NCBI RefSeq assembly: GCF_009914755.1
Contig: NC_060947.1
Source: the human T2T-CHM13v2.0 reference genome, Homo sapiens
Strand: one strand, 5' to 3'
DNA: 64,000 bases
Both the position numbers and the translations under genes were made by a program. The notes below the pieces were generated by a model. That model was given only the letters and a program-made list of their open reading frames with translations. It made no database searches and was not told the DNA's origin. Position 1 is the stretch's first letter. The number at the start of each line of letters is the position of its first letter. Below, piece after piece: positions 1 through 17,823 of this stretch.

Positions 1-594
1 AAAATGCTGGGATTACAGGTGTGAGCCACCATGCCTGGCCTTACTCTTGGTAATAATTAATTAATACACTTTTATGTTTGTGTCTCTGTATGCTCACCAT
101 TTTTTCCAATTAAAAAAGTAATAGACCTTAAGACACGAAAAGAGAAATCACCAGTAATCCTAATATTCAGATGCATCTTGTTTTGTCTTCCCAGCCTATT
201 TTATGATAGGCAAAAATAAGATGATACTACTATAGATACTAACGAGTTTGTTATCTGCATTTTAGATCCAACCCACCATGGACATTTTCTCACGTTACTA
301 AATCTTTTTCTACTTTACTATCTGCAAAGTATTATAATAAATGATTGGCTTCATTTTAACATATACTAGGTAGTAAAGTGTATTTATGTACTCAAACTAA
401 TGAATCTTCCATTGCTTGACAACATTTTATTGGAGACATGGTCTTGCTATGCTGCCCAGGCTGGTCTCAAACTCCTCGGCTCAAGCAAGTTTCCCGAGAC
501 AACTGTTTTGTGAAATATTTTTTATTGTTTTCTTGTTTTAAATAATCATGCTTATTGCAGAAATATTTGAAAATACTGAACAGCCAGGCACCTT

Positions 595-1515
595 TAAAAA
601 ATTACAATCTGAGTGTCATAAATGGACACAACATTGCGTGAAAGAAACCAGTCACACAAAAGCATTGACCGTATGATCCCCATTTTGAAAAACAGGCAAA
701 ATAGAAGTAAGATGTGTGGGGATGCATGCTGAGATGACAAAACTATGAAAGCAAGCAAGGAAGTGGGAATATTGTGTATCTGAAATGAAATGCTGGCTCC
801 ATGGGTGTTCACCCCACCATCATTCATTGAGCTGCACACTTGTGTGCTTTTCTATATGTGTGTGACCCTTCACAATCCAAATAGCTTAGAAAAAACTCAG
901 AATCTCTCAAACCCAGTTAAAAATGTCTCCTAATAGCTTAGGATGTAGATTTTCAGTTCGATTTGTATCTATGATTATATCGTACATATTATTTTGAAAC
1001 ATGTAATTTGTATTTGAAATATTACGGACACCTCCCTTTTGGTCACACAGAATGTCAACTAGAATGGCTGTCATGAAAAACATTAAAAATACCAAATGTT
1101 GGAGAAAATATGAAGAAACTGGAACCTCCATCATTGCTGGTGGGAATATAAAATGGTGCAGCCACGTGGGAAAACAGTTGAGCAATTTACAAAAAGTTAA
1201 ATGCGCACTTAACATATGAACCACCATTTCACTCCTAGGCATCTACACCAGATAAACAAGGACATATGCCCATACAAACTTTTATATTCAAGTGTTCATG
1301 ACAGCATAGTTTATAATGGCCAAAACATGGCACCAACCCAAATGTCCAAAAGCTGATGAATGAACAAACTGTGGTCTACCCACACAATGGAACACCATTC
1401 AGCAATGAAAAGGGACAACCTTCTCATACCTGCTGCAACATGGATGACCCTTGGAAACGTGCCATGTGAAAAGAGCCACACAAAACTCTTATACCTTGTA
1501 TGATTCCATTTGTAT
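595..1515 (+). mobile_element. Old L1M 3'-region fragments
   Basis: Contains GGAACCTCCATCATTGCTGGTGGGAATATAAAATGGTGCAGCCAC...AACCCAAATGTCCA...ACAATGGAACACCATTCAGCAATGAAAAGG. Confidence 0.7.
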
Positions 1516-1549
1516 TGTCAATGTTGGCGTATAGCTCCATCGCGTGGAC

Positions 1550-1820
1550 ATAGCATAAATTCCTTCACCAAGCCCTGTTGTTGGACTTGACGTTGTTCCC
1601 CGGTTTCCAATATTACAAGCAATGCTGTGAGGACCATCTTTGTGGCTACATATTTGTGGCCGACCTTATTCATGTCTTTGCACCAATGCCCAGAAGTGGA
1701 ACTGCCAGTCTGAAGGTGTGTGCATTTTAAAGCTTTCGGGAAATATCGCGGAGCGGCCCTGCACAAAGTTTGCTCAGACTGCACTCCCACCAGCAGATCT
1801 AGAGGGTCTAGTGTCTCCTT
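1550..1820 (-). mobile_element. Antisense L1M fragment directly upstream of CLDN34
   Basis: Contains TATTACAAGCAATGCTG...CCCAGAAGTGGAACTGCCAGTC...GCACTCCCACCAGCAG. Confidence 0.55.
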
Positions 1821-1891
1821 TCTCCAATACAACACCTCCCTCTTGGCGCTACTCACCCATGGGAGGCTGTCCCAGGTCCCAGGGTCCCCCC

Positions 1892-1944
1892 GCTCACCAT
1901 GCTCTGTATTTGTTTGTAGTTTCCTGGGTGCGCTGCCACCATGG
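1892..1944 (+). promoter_or_regulatory. Candidate 3' splice site (branch point, pyrimidine tract, AG) and Kozak sequence upstream of CLDN34
   Basis: GCTCAC (1892-1897), then CTCTGTATTTGTTTGTAG ending at 1919, then 21 nt to the ATG in GCCACCATGG. Confidence 0.5.
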
Positions 1945-2585
1945 TCTGGTTCTGCAACAGTGCCGACTGCCAATTTTCAGTCTTCGCCCTTACCACCATA
2001 GGATGGATCCTCTCCTCTACGTCCACGGGCCTCGTGGAGTGGCGAATATGGTACATGAAAGACACCTCTCTCTACCCCCCTGGAATCGCCTGCGTGGGAA
2101 TATTTAGAGTCTGCATTTACCGGCGTCGCACCAACAGCACCACAACCAAATTTTGTTACCGATACAGCTACCAGGACACCTTTCTCCCTTTTGAAATTTC
2201 CATGGCTCAACGCTTCCTACTGACTGCCAGCATTTTCGGATTCTTCGGGAGAGCCTTTAACATGTTTGCACTTAGAAACATGTCCATGAGAATGTTTGAG
2301 GAGGACACCTACAATTCATTCGTTGTTTCAGGAATTCTCAACATTGCTGCTGGTGTCTTTAACTTAATTGCTGTGCTCCAGAACTATGATGCCGTCATAA
2401 ACTCACAGGGGATCACCTTCCTGCCATCTCTCCAAATGCCCTTCAAGCCAGATGTGCAGGAAGTTGGCACTGCCATTCAAGTGGCAGGGATAGGTGTCTT
2501 GCCGATGCTGTTAACTGGGATGTTTTCTCTGTTTTACAAATGTCCCCCGTACGGCCAAGTGCATCCTGGTATTTCAGAAATGTGA
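1941..2585 (+). CDS. CLDN34: Claudin-34, single coding exon, 214 aa, four-TM tight-junction protein
   Basis: Intact ORF with a perfect Kozak context (GCTGCCACCATGG) and four hydrophobic segments. The claudin ECL1 pattern W...G(L/I)(W/F)..C...C is present as EWRIW...CVGIFRVC...KFC. Position about 48 kb upstream of WWC3 fits the known CLDN34 locus. Confidence 0.93.
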
Positions 2586-2851
2586 ATTTCCTGGTTGCAT
2601 TGGCTTTGCAAATCTAAGATTTCTGGGAGTTTATGGAAAATGTTATTAGCATGCTCTACCAAATATTTCCAACGACTCAAGACCGTGGCATGGGTAGTTT
2701 GGGACAGAAGGTGGCCAACTGCCTCCTTCTGTTATCTTGTGTATCTGAATGTGGCTCACTGATTTGTTGGTTGAATTGAGAACTTTTATTTAAAAGTCTT
2801 CCCACCTGCCAGTTGGTCTTATTGCATCTGAATTTTAATTATTGTTGGCTA

Positions 2852-3283
<432 letters not shown>

Positions 3284-3352
3284 CTATGTCATGGTAATAA
3301 CATCTCCCTACCATATAAAGTTTTCTAAAATGTGCAAAAGTAGAGAGGATAG

Positions 3353-6737
<3,385 letters not shown>

Positions 6738-6940
6738 AGTCATTTATTAATATATTCAAATAGTCAGTGTTCACATTTCCCTAGTTATCTCATAAATGTT
6801 TGTAACAGTAACCTGTGGGTTTTTATATGTTCCATATGTTTCACTCAATTGCATTCATCCTTCCTTTTTATGATCAAATTGTCCCATCTTTGGCAGTAGA
6901 GCCATGGTGACATGTGTGTCCTTTGACATGTCCCCATCAG

Positions 6941-8377
<1,437 letters not shown>

Positions 8378-9259
8378 GTCCCCATTAGCCTTTGAGGCTT
8401 TTTCACCCCTCCACAAGATTTCCAGGTGTATCTTGTATATGTCAGGCACAAGACCTTGAATCAGCTATGCAGTTCCTTTAGTGAGCCCTGCAGATGAAGA
8501 CGGGGATTTAGAAACCACAATTTGGGCACTGGTGGTGCTTATTCACTCAGTTGTCATTACATTTAGGTCTTTGTAATGAACAGAACCAGCATATATAACT
8601 TTTTTTTTTTTTTGAGACAGAGTCTCACTCTGTCGCCAAGCTGGCATGCAGTGGCGCGATCTCGGCTCACTGCAACCGTGCAACCACTGCCTCTCAGGTT
8701 CAAGCAATTCTCATGCCCCAGCCTCCCAAGTAGCAGGGACCACAGGCATGTGCCACCATGCCTAGCTAATTTTTGTATTTTTAGTAGAGACGAGGTTTCA
8801 CCATGTTGACCAGGCTGGTCTCAACTCTTGGCCTCAAGAGATCCACCAGCCTTGGCTTCCTAAAGTGCTGAGATTACAGGCGTGAGCCACCATGCCTGGC
8901 CTGTAATGATTTTCTTTTTATGGTTATGTCACTAATTTGATAAATAGTTAAATTTATTCATTTTGGTTTGTTTTCTAGTTTTGATATCATTACTTTTGTC
9001 TTTTTGACATAATTTTCTATGGGATTAACTTTGTCTTTTTGACATAGTTTCCATTTTGAATATGTGGAATATTTACATAATTTTCAAAGTCAAAAATATA
9101 ACCATATTTATTCAGAAAAATCTGAATAAACTTATGTTTCTGTGTCTATTATATTCTCTCTCACCATAGGTAACTTTTACATTTCTGGTTCATTTTCCAG
9201 TTTTTTGGGTTTTTTCTTTTTTTTTGCAGATAGAAGGGTGTGTGTTTATTCCATTTCTT

Positions 9260-9730
9260 ACAAAATACTATCATAATATATATATTTTTTGATACCTTGC
9301 TTTTTCACCTGACAATAAATTCCTGGAGATTGCTCTATATCAATGTGTAGAGATTTTCTGATTGTTTTTATGGCTGCGTAGTATTCCATTGTGTGGATAT
9401 ACCCTAGTTTGTTCAACCAGTTATGTATGTGCATGCGTGTGTGTCTGTGTATATAACTTTGTGCATACATCTTTTTGCATTTTGCTGGTGTATCTTTGGG
9501 ACAGATTCCTAGGGCTACTGGATTAAAGGGTAAGCAAATCTGTAATTTTAAAAACGTATTGCAAATTTTTTCACCATAAAAGTGACCCATTTTGCACTCC
9601 TATGAGCAATCTATGAGAATGTCGGCTTCCTCACAGCCTTGTCAAAAGAATATATTGTAAAACTTTTGAATTTTTTTCAACATAGTAGGTGAGAAATGGT
9701 ATCTCAGCATCATTTTTAGTGTGTATTTCT
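9260..9730 (-). mobile_element. L1M fragment
   Basis: Contains TATGGCTGCGTAGTATTCCATTGTGTGGATATACC...GTGAGAAATGGTATCTCA. Confidence 0.7.
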
Positions 9731-9949
9731 GGGCGGGGTGGAGGGGGGAGTTGTTTTGTTTTTCAGAAATGAGGTCTCACTATTGCCCAGGCTGGTCTCA
9801 AACTCCTGGGCTCAAGCAATCCTTTTGCCTCGGCCTCCCAGAGGGCTGGGATTACAGGTGTGAGGCACCACACTCAGCCATGTATTTCTTTTATTAGTGA
9901 GGTTGAACATTTTTTGAAATGTTTCAGGTCTTTTTTTTTTTAATGTTCT

Positions 9950-10770
9950 CTGTCAGTTATCTATCGCTGTGTAACAAATTAACCTAGCACTTAATGGCTT
10001 AAAGCAACACCCAATTATTATCTCACAGCTTCTATGGATCAGGAGTTTAGGCACAGCTTCTGCTTCACATTGTCTCACATAGCTGCAGTCAAAATGCCAA
10101 GCTGCTCTGTGGTCTCATCTGAAGGCTCAGAGGGGGAGAATCCACTCCATTGCTTGCACACATTGTTGCTGGCAGGATTTATTCACTTAGTTCCTCGCAA
10201 GCGATGGAACAGATTCTTGTTTCTTGCCATACAGGGATCTCCACAGAACTTCTCCCAGCATGGCAGCTGGCTTCACCAGAGCAGTAAGAGAGATGGCCAG
10301 AGAGAGTGCTGGCAAGGAGGAGAGTACTAACAAGAAGGAAGGGACAGGGTCTCACTGTGTCATGGGTCACTGCAGCCTCAATCTCCCAGGGCTCAAGCAA
10401 TCCTCCCAGCTCAGCCTCCCAAAGAGCTGAGACTACAGGCCCATAGAACCATGCCCAGCTAATTAAAAAAATTTTGTGTGTGTGTGGAGACAGGGTCTCA
10501 CTTTGTTGTCCATACTGGTCTTGAGCTCCTGGGCTCAAGCAATTCTGCCTCAGCTTCCCAAAGTGCTGGGATTATAGGCATAAGCCACTACACCTGGCCC
10601 GCAGTCATTTTGTAACCTAACCACAGAAGTCATCTCCCATCATTCTTGCTGCTTTCTATTCATTAGAAGTGAGTGGCTAAACCAGCCTGCGCTCGATGAG
10701 AAGGAATGAAGGATGTGAATGTGAGGAAGGTGAAGACCTCTGAGGGCCATGTCACAAGCTGCCTGCTACA
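9950..10770. mobile_element. MLT1-family MaLR LTR interrupted by an Alu (about 10340-10600)
   Basis: Contains GTCAGTTATCTATCGCTGTGTAACAAATTAACC...TGGCTTAAAGCAACAC...ATCTCACAGCTTCTATGGATCAGGAG. Confidence 0.65.
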
Positions 10771-11030
10771 ATACCTACTCATGTTTCTAACCCATTCCTC
10801 TATTGAGTTGTTGGTATGCTTGATTTTTAAGAGCTCTTAATATATTATAGAGCCCTTTGTGCTCTCAGTTACAAATACTTTTCTTAATTTATCTTTTGTT
10901 TTGCACTTTGTTTATGGATCTTTTGTTATGCAGATTTAAGCGGGGTGGGGGGGCGGGTAAAGGTTACCTACTGTAAAATTTACCAATCTTTATTTTATTG
11001 CTTCTGGTATTTGAATCATAGTTTAAGTGT

Positions 11031-11668
11031 ACAGTTGGCCCTCCATATCTGTGGGTTCCCCATCCATGCATGCAACCAACCATGGATCAAAAATATTTGA
11101 GGATGGATGTGGTGGTTCACGCCTGTAATCCCAGCACTTTGGAAGGCCAAGGCGGGCAGGTCACTTGAGGCCAGGAATTCGAGACCGGCCTGGCCAACAT
11201 GGTGAAACCTCATCTCTACTAAAAATACAAAAATTAGCTGGGCATGGTGGCACACACCTATAATCCCAGCTGCTCAGGAGAATGAGGCAGGAGAATCCCT
11301 TGAACCTGGGAGGCAGAGGTTGTGGTGAACTGAGATCACACCACTGTACTCTAGCCTGGGTAACAGAGTGAAACTCTTGTCTCCAAAAAACAAAAATTGA
11401 AAAATAATTGCATCTATACTGAACATGTATAGACTTATTTTTCTTGTCATTATTTCCTGAAAAATACATTATAACAACTATTTACATAGCATTTACATTA
11501 TATTAGGTATTATAAGTAATCTAGAGATGGTTTCATCTATACAGGAGGATGTGCCTAAGTTATATGTAAATATTACACCATTTTACATCAGGGATTTGAC
11601 ATCTGCAGATTTTGGTATCCAGGGGAGGTCCTGGAACAAATCCCCTACGGATACTGAGGGGTGACTGT
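11031..11668. mobile_element. MER2 (Tigger-family MITE) interrupted by an Alu (11101-11395)
   Basis: Starts CAGTTGGCCCTCCATATCTGTGGGTTCC and ends GGATACTGAGGGGTGACTG. Confidence 0.75.
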
Positions 11669-11690
11669 TTTTTCCACTCTCATGTGATAA

Positions 11691-12073
<383 letters not shown>

Positions 12074-12203
12074 TGAGATGCTATCTTCTTCATACACTAA
12101 ATTTCCATAGATATTGGGCTAATTTCTGGACATTCTGTTTGACTCCTTTAGCGCTCTTTGTATATTCATGTACCCATAGTACAGTGTTTTAAGTTTTAGA
12201 GAC

Positions 12204-12765
12204 TGTGTTAGGGTTCTCCAGAGAGACAGAACCAATAAAAGATATACATACCAACAGATATGTGGGAAGAGATTTATTAGGGGAATTGGCTCACATGGTT
12301 ATACAGGCCGTCTGCAAGCTGGAGACCTTGGGATGTCAGTAGCGTGACTGCCCAAGATCAGAAGCTTCAGAACTAGGTTAAGCTGTAACTCTCAGTCCAA
12401 GACCAAAGGCTGACATAAGTGGGGTGGGGTGCTGATGTAAATCTCGGAGTCCAAAGGCCAGAAAACCTGCAGTTCTGATGTTTAAGGGCAGGGGAAGAAG
12501 GGTGTCCCACACAGGAGAGACAGAAGGAGAGAGACAGAGACAGAGAGACACAGAAACAATTTGTTTTTCCTCTGTCTTTTTTGTTCTGTTTGGGGCCCCA
12601 GCTGATTGGATGGTACCTGCCCACATAGATCTTTCCTACCCAGTCTGCTGACTCACACGCCAGTCTCTCTGGAAACATCTTCAAAGACACTCAGAAATAA
12701 TGCTTTACCAACTCTCTATGTATTCCTCAGTGCAGTTGAGTTGACACCTAAAATTAGCTATCACA
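12204..12765. mobile_element. ERVL LTR (MLT2-like)
   Basis: Runs TGTGTTAGGGTTCTCCAGAGAGACAGAACCAATA...GTTGACACCTAAAATTAGCTATCACA. Confidence 0.75.
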
Positions 12766-13817
12766 GAGACTTATTTTAAAATAATATGTATGTTATTTGG
12801 TATCTTATTCCCGCTCCACCCCTAGGATTTTCTTAATTATTTCTGCTTATTTTTCCATATAAATTTTGTAATCAACTTGTCTTGCTCCAGTCTGGGGGGA
12901 AAATCTCTTAATGTTTTTATTAGGATCGTGTCAAGTTTATATGTTAACTTAGGGATAATTTACTCATTTATAATATTGAGTCTCCTTATTGGAGAGCACG
13001 GTACATCTGGTACATGGTACATAGTATATCTTTTCCTTTGTTCAAGTTCAGTTTTGCACTTTGAGGAATGTTTAGAGCAGTTTTAGTTGCATGGGGTTGT
13101 TTCCAGTATGGTGCAATTATGAATAAAGCTACTATGTACGTTTGCATTTAGGTTTATGCATGAATGCAGGTTTCCATTTCTCTTGGTTAGGTGTCTTACA
13201 GTAGGATTGCTGGGGGGTATGTTAAATCTAATTCATTCTTAGACTTTTAACCCATGCAGAGTGATACTTTTTCCACTCAGCATTTATAGTTGTCAGGGAA
13301 GCATTAAATATTTCTTCTCTTTTGTTGTACTAATACAACAAGTAGTTTTGTTTTGTAACTTGTATTAGGAGCGTAGGTCTTGTTTATGCAAATGTAGGCA
13401 ACTGCTCCCGGGGTCCCACGCAGCAGGTATGGCTTTCATGAGCTGTGGCTCAAGTTTCTCCCAGACTTGAAGGGTGGATTAACTAGCTCCCAGAGTAACT
13501 TCTAAGGCCCTTAGTTGATTACAACCCAAAATCATACTTAAGGCCAACTCCGGGGACAGATAACTCTAGCTCATTCACTCGCTGATGAATTCCTTCACCA
13601 AACATTAATGTCTTTCACATGAGAGATGCCACCAAGATCTGTGGCATAACATATTAAGAGACACACACCATCTACTGCGCATCCTGATTGCCCACAGCTC
13701 TTGTTTGAACACAGGTGTTTAAAAGGCCTCAATCAGGCTGGGCACCGGTGGCTCACGCCTGTAATCCTAGCCCTTTTGGAGACTGAGGCAGGTGGATTGC
13801 CTGGGCTCAGGAGTTCA

Positions 13818-14153
<336 letters not shown>

Positions 14154-14683
14154 CTAAGGACAATCTAGCTAATTAGATTTCTGCTTTTCCTTAGTTTACC
14201 TGCTACTCAGCTTGATTGGCATTGTAGGTAGAAAGAGCTGCAAGGCATTCTGGGATGTGAGTGGCCGCCCCACTGGGAAGAAACAAGAAGGCCCGGCCCC
14301 GGTAGAACAAGGACTGGGAGGTGTGGCTGAGGTCACAAAGGTTGGCTTCTGTTGAGCTAGCATAGTTCTGTGGGGTCACTCTCTTTACCCCACAAACCAG
14401 GCCTGCAACTGGGCCAGAAAAGGAGCCTCAGGAAAGAAGCCAGGGCAAGAAGCTCAGTCACTGCTATAGGGAGGCAAGATGAAGGCCATGAAATGGGCCT
14501 CCATGGCTGCCGGGCTGATTCCAGACCTTACTGGCAATGCATAGAGCTGCCACTCAGAGTCCCCCCGTACTGGAACTCATTTCCCATTTCACAGCAGCAG
14601 CCCTTGCTCTTCCTTAAGAAGCGTGACCCTTCATACCCTTGGCGGGAATTGGTATGAACATCACCCTCAGATCCGAAGCCATA

Positions 14684-15120
14684 TGCATTAGGCTGTTCTT
14701 GCATTGCTACAAAGAAAATACCTGAGACTGGGTAGTTTATAAAGAAAAGAGGTTTAATTGGCTCATGGTTCTGCAGGCTGTACAGGAAAAATGGTGTCGG
14801 CATTTGCTTGGCTTCTGGGGAGGCCTCAGGGAGGTTTTATTCATAGCAGAAAGTGAAGGAGGAGCAGGCAGCTCACATGGTGAAAGCAGGAGCAAGCGAG
14901 AAAAAGAGTGTGGCGTGGGGGGCGGTGCACACACTTTTAAACCACCGGATCATATGTGAACTCAGAGCGACAGCTCACTCATCACCAAGGGGACGGCCCA
15001 AGCCATTCATAAGGGATCTGCCCCCATGATCTGAACTCCTCCCACCAGGCCCCACCTCCAATATTGGGGATTACATTTCCATAGGAGATTTGGGCAGGAA
15101 CAAATATTGAAACTATATCA
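14684..15120. mobile_element. MaLR LTR (MSTA/MSTB-like)
   Basis: Contains GCATTGCTACAAAGAAAATACCTGAGACTGGGTAGTTTATAAAGAAAAGAGGTTTAATTGGCTCATGGTTCTGCAGG and ends AACTATATCA, typical of MST. Confidence 0.8.
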
Positions 15121-15544
15121 CCAACTAAATATAGCTGGAGTTTTCAGTAAGTCTGAGTTGGGAATTTGCATTTCTGGCAAGTCCCCGGTGAATGCTGACA
15201 CTCTTGGTGCAGGGACCAGCTGCTGGGAAACATTCCTAACGAGCGTCTTCCTGCTTCTACCTAAAGCGCACTCATTTTGAACACGTGGATGAATTATTAG
15301 TAATTTAAAAATTAACTCATCAGTGATTACTTTGCTATAAATATTTTATTTCAAGACTGCTACAAAGAAGGCATTACATTCTTGCTCCTTCCCATGTCTT
15401 AGTGTTCTGACAGCACTGGTTGTTTTCAATATCACCTCTTTACCTCCCACATTAATGACAGCATGTCAACATTTTCAGGCACGGGACAAACTGACTTCTC
15501 ATAGGGTGTGATATTTGATTTTCAAGTGGGAAAATTGAGCATAA

Positions 15545-15842
<298 letters not shown>

Positions 15843-16088
15843 TAATAGCAAGCAACAACAGATTACAATTAGGCCAGTCTGTGGCAGGAAAAACAAAGAA
15901 AGGGGAGAGGAGAGAAAGAAACTCAATTTCTGGAAGACAAGCAAAACAATTGCTTGTCTCCATTCTGCATTGGAAACATTCTCCATTGGAAACAGGGAGA
16001 GCAAACCAACAGTACTTGCTAATAGATTTGATGACGGGGGAGGGTAGAGGAAAGTATATCAGATCTTGTTTTCTTTTTTAAGAGACAA

Positions 16089-16461
16089 TGAAGCAGAAGA
16101 TATAAAAAGAAAAACAATTTTTTTGTTCCTTGTTCTGTTCTCGTAATTATTTTTGCAAGTTTTGTAAGTTCCTGTTTTTCCCTTCTGTGTGGCACGGCAA
16201 GGTCACAAGATATGTTTTAAGTTGCAAGGCCTGTCACTGTTTAACAAACTGCCTTTGTTCTGCTTCTGTAAGCTTGCTTGCCTGCCCTACAGGTTTTGTG
16301 CTATCAAACTGGCCAACCCCCTTCTGGATGCATGTATAAAAGTGAAGCCCTGTCTTTGTTCGGGGCTCAGCCTTTGGATGTTAATCTGCTGGGCCGGTGC
16401 GCACCTAATAAATCCTCCTGTCCCACCCATTGGTCTCTACTGTCCCTTAATTCCTGCAATA
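16089..16461 (+). mobile_element. Solo ERV1 LTR (LTR10-like) inserted inside an Alu
   Basis: TG start, TATAAAA at 16335, AATAAA at 16407 and an LTR10-like 3' end. The 4-bp TSD ACAA (16085-16088 and 16462-16465) splits the Alu sequence GAGACAA|GGTCTCAC. Confidence 0.75.
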
Positions 16462-16765
16462 ACAAGGTCTCACTTTGTTGCCCAAGCTGGAGTGCAGTGG
16501 CACAGTAATAGCTCACTGCACCCTCTACCTTGAGGGCCCAAGCATCCTCCCACCTCAGCCTCTGGAGTAGCTCGGGCTACAGCGTACACCACCACAGCTG
16601 GCTGATTTTTTGGTTTTTTGTAGAGACAGGGTTTCCCTTTGTTGCGCAGGCTGGTCCTGAACTGCTGGGCTAAAGTGATCCTCCTGCCTCAGCCTCCCAA
16701 AGTGCTGGGATTACAGGCGTGAGCCACTGCACCTGGCTGGAAACACTCTTAAAAAAGCTTGAGGT

Positions 16766-17067
16766 GGCCGGGCGCGGTGGCTCACACCTGTAATCCCAGC
16801 ACTTTGGGAGGCCAAGGCGGGCAGATCATGAGGTCAGGAGATCGAGACCATCCTGGCTAACATGGTGAAACCCCGTCTCTACTAGAAATACAAAAAATAA
16901 GCTGGGCGTGGTGGCGGGCACCTGTAGTCCCAGCTACTCAGGAGGCTGAGGCAGGAGAATGGCAAGAACCCAGGAGGCAGAGCTTGCAGTGAGCCGAGAT
17001 TGCACCACCGCACTCCAGCCTGGGCAACAGAGCGAGACCCCATCTCAAAAAAAAAAAAAAAAAAAAG
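16766..17067 (+). mobile_element. AluY-like
   Basis: GAGATCGAGACCATCCTGGCTAAC diagnostic sequence, long A tail and TSD AAAAAAG(C/T)TTGAGGT. Confidence 0.85.
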
Positions 17068-17823
17068 TTTGAGGTTAGTGGTCCATTTTTATTTCTATTT
17101 TATTTTTTAATTGACAAATAATAATTGTACATATTCTTGGGGTGCATAGTGATATGTCAATACATAGAATGTACAGCAATCAGATCAGGGTGAGTAGTGT
17201 ATCCGTAATCTCAAACATTTATCATTTCTTTGTGTTGAAAACATTCAATATCCTCCTTTTAGCTATATATTTCTAATTTTAATTTCATTTTCTAATTATT
17301 TTATTTATTTATTTATTTTAGAGACAGTGTCTCACTGTCGCCCAGGCTGAGTGCTGTGGCACAATCACAATTCATAGCAGCCTCAAATTCCTGGGCGCAT
17401 GTAATCCTCCTGCCTCAGTCTCTTGAATTCAGCTATTCAAAACTATTTATTATTTTTAACTCTAGTCATCTAACAGTTGGTATAGAACACTAGAATTTAT
17501 TTCTCCAATCTAGCTGTCATTTTGTATCCTTTAACGAAATTTAAATGGAAAGTTAGAGAAAACCAACTCAAACTAGCTTAAAAAATAAATCAGGCTGTCC
17601 AAGTAGTAGTTTCAGAAACAGGTGGTTCCACAGATCTGATATACTTTCCTGTACCCTCCCCCCATCGTCAAATCTATTAGCAAATACTGTTGGTTTTCTC
17701 TCCGTCAGGTAGCTTGGACCCATCCACTTCACCTAGCAAACCAAGCTTCCATCATTTCTCAGCAGAAAACCAAAATGAGATGGTTTCTCCACTTTCACTG
17801 TTGCCTTTCTGATTGGTCCATTT

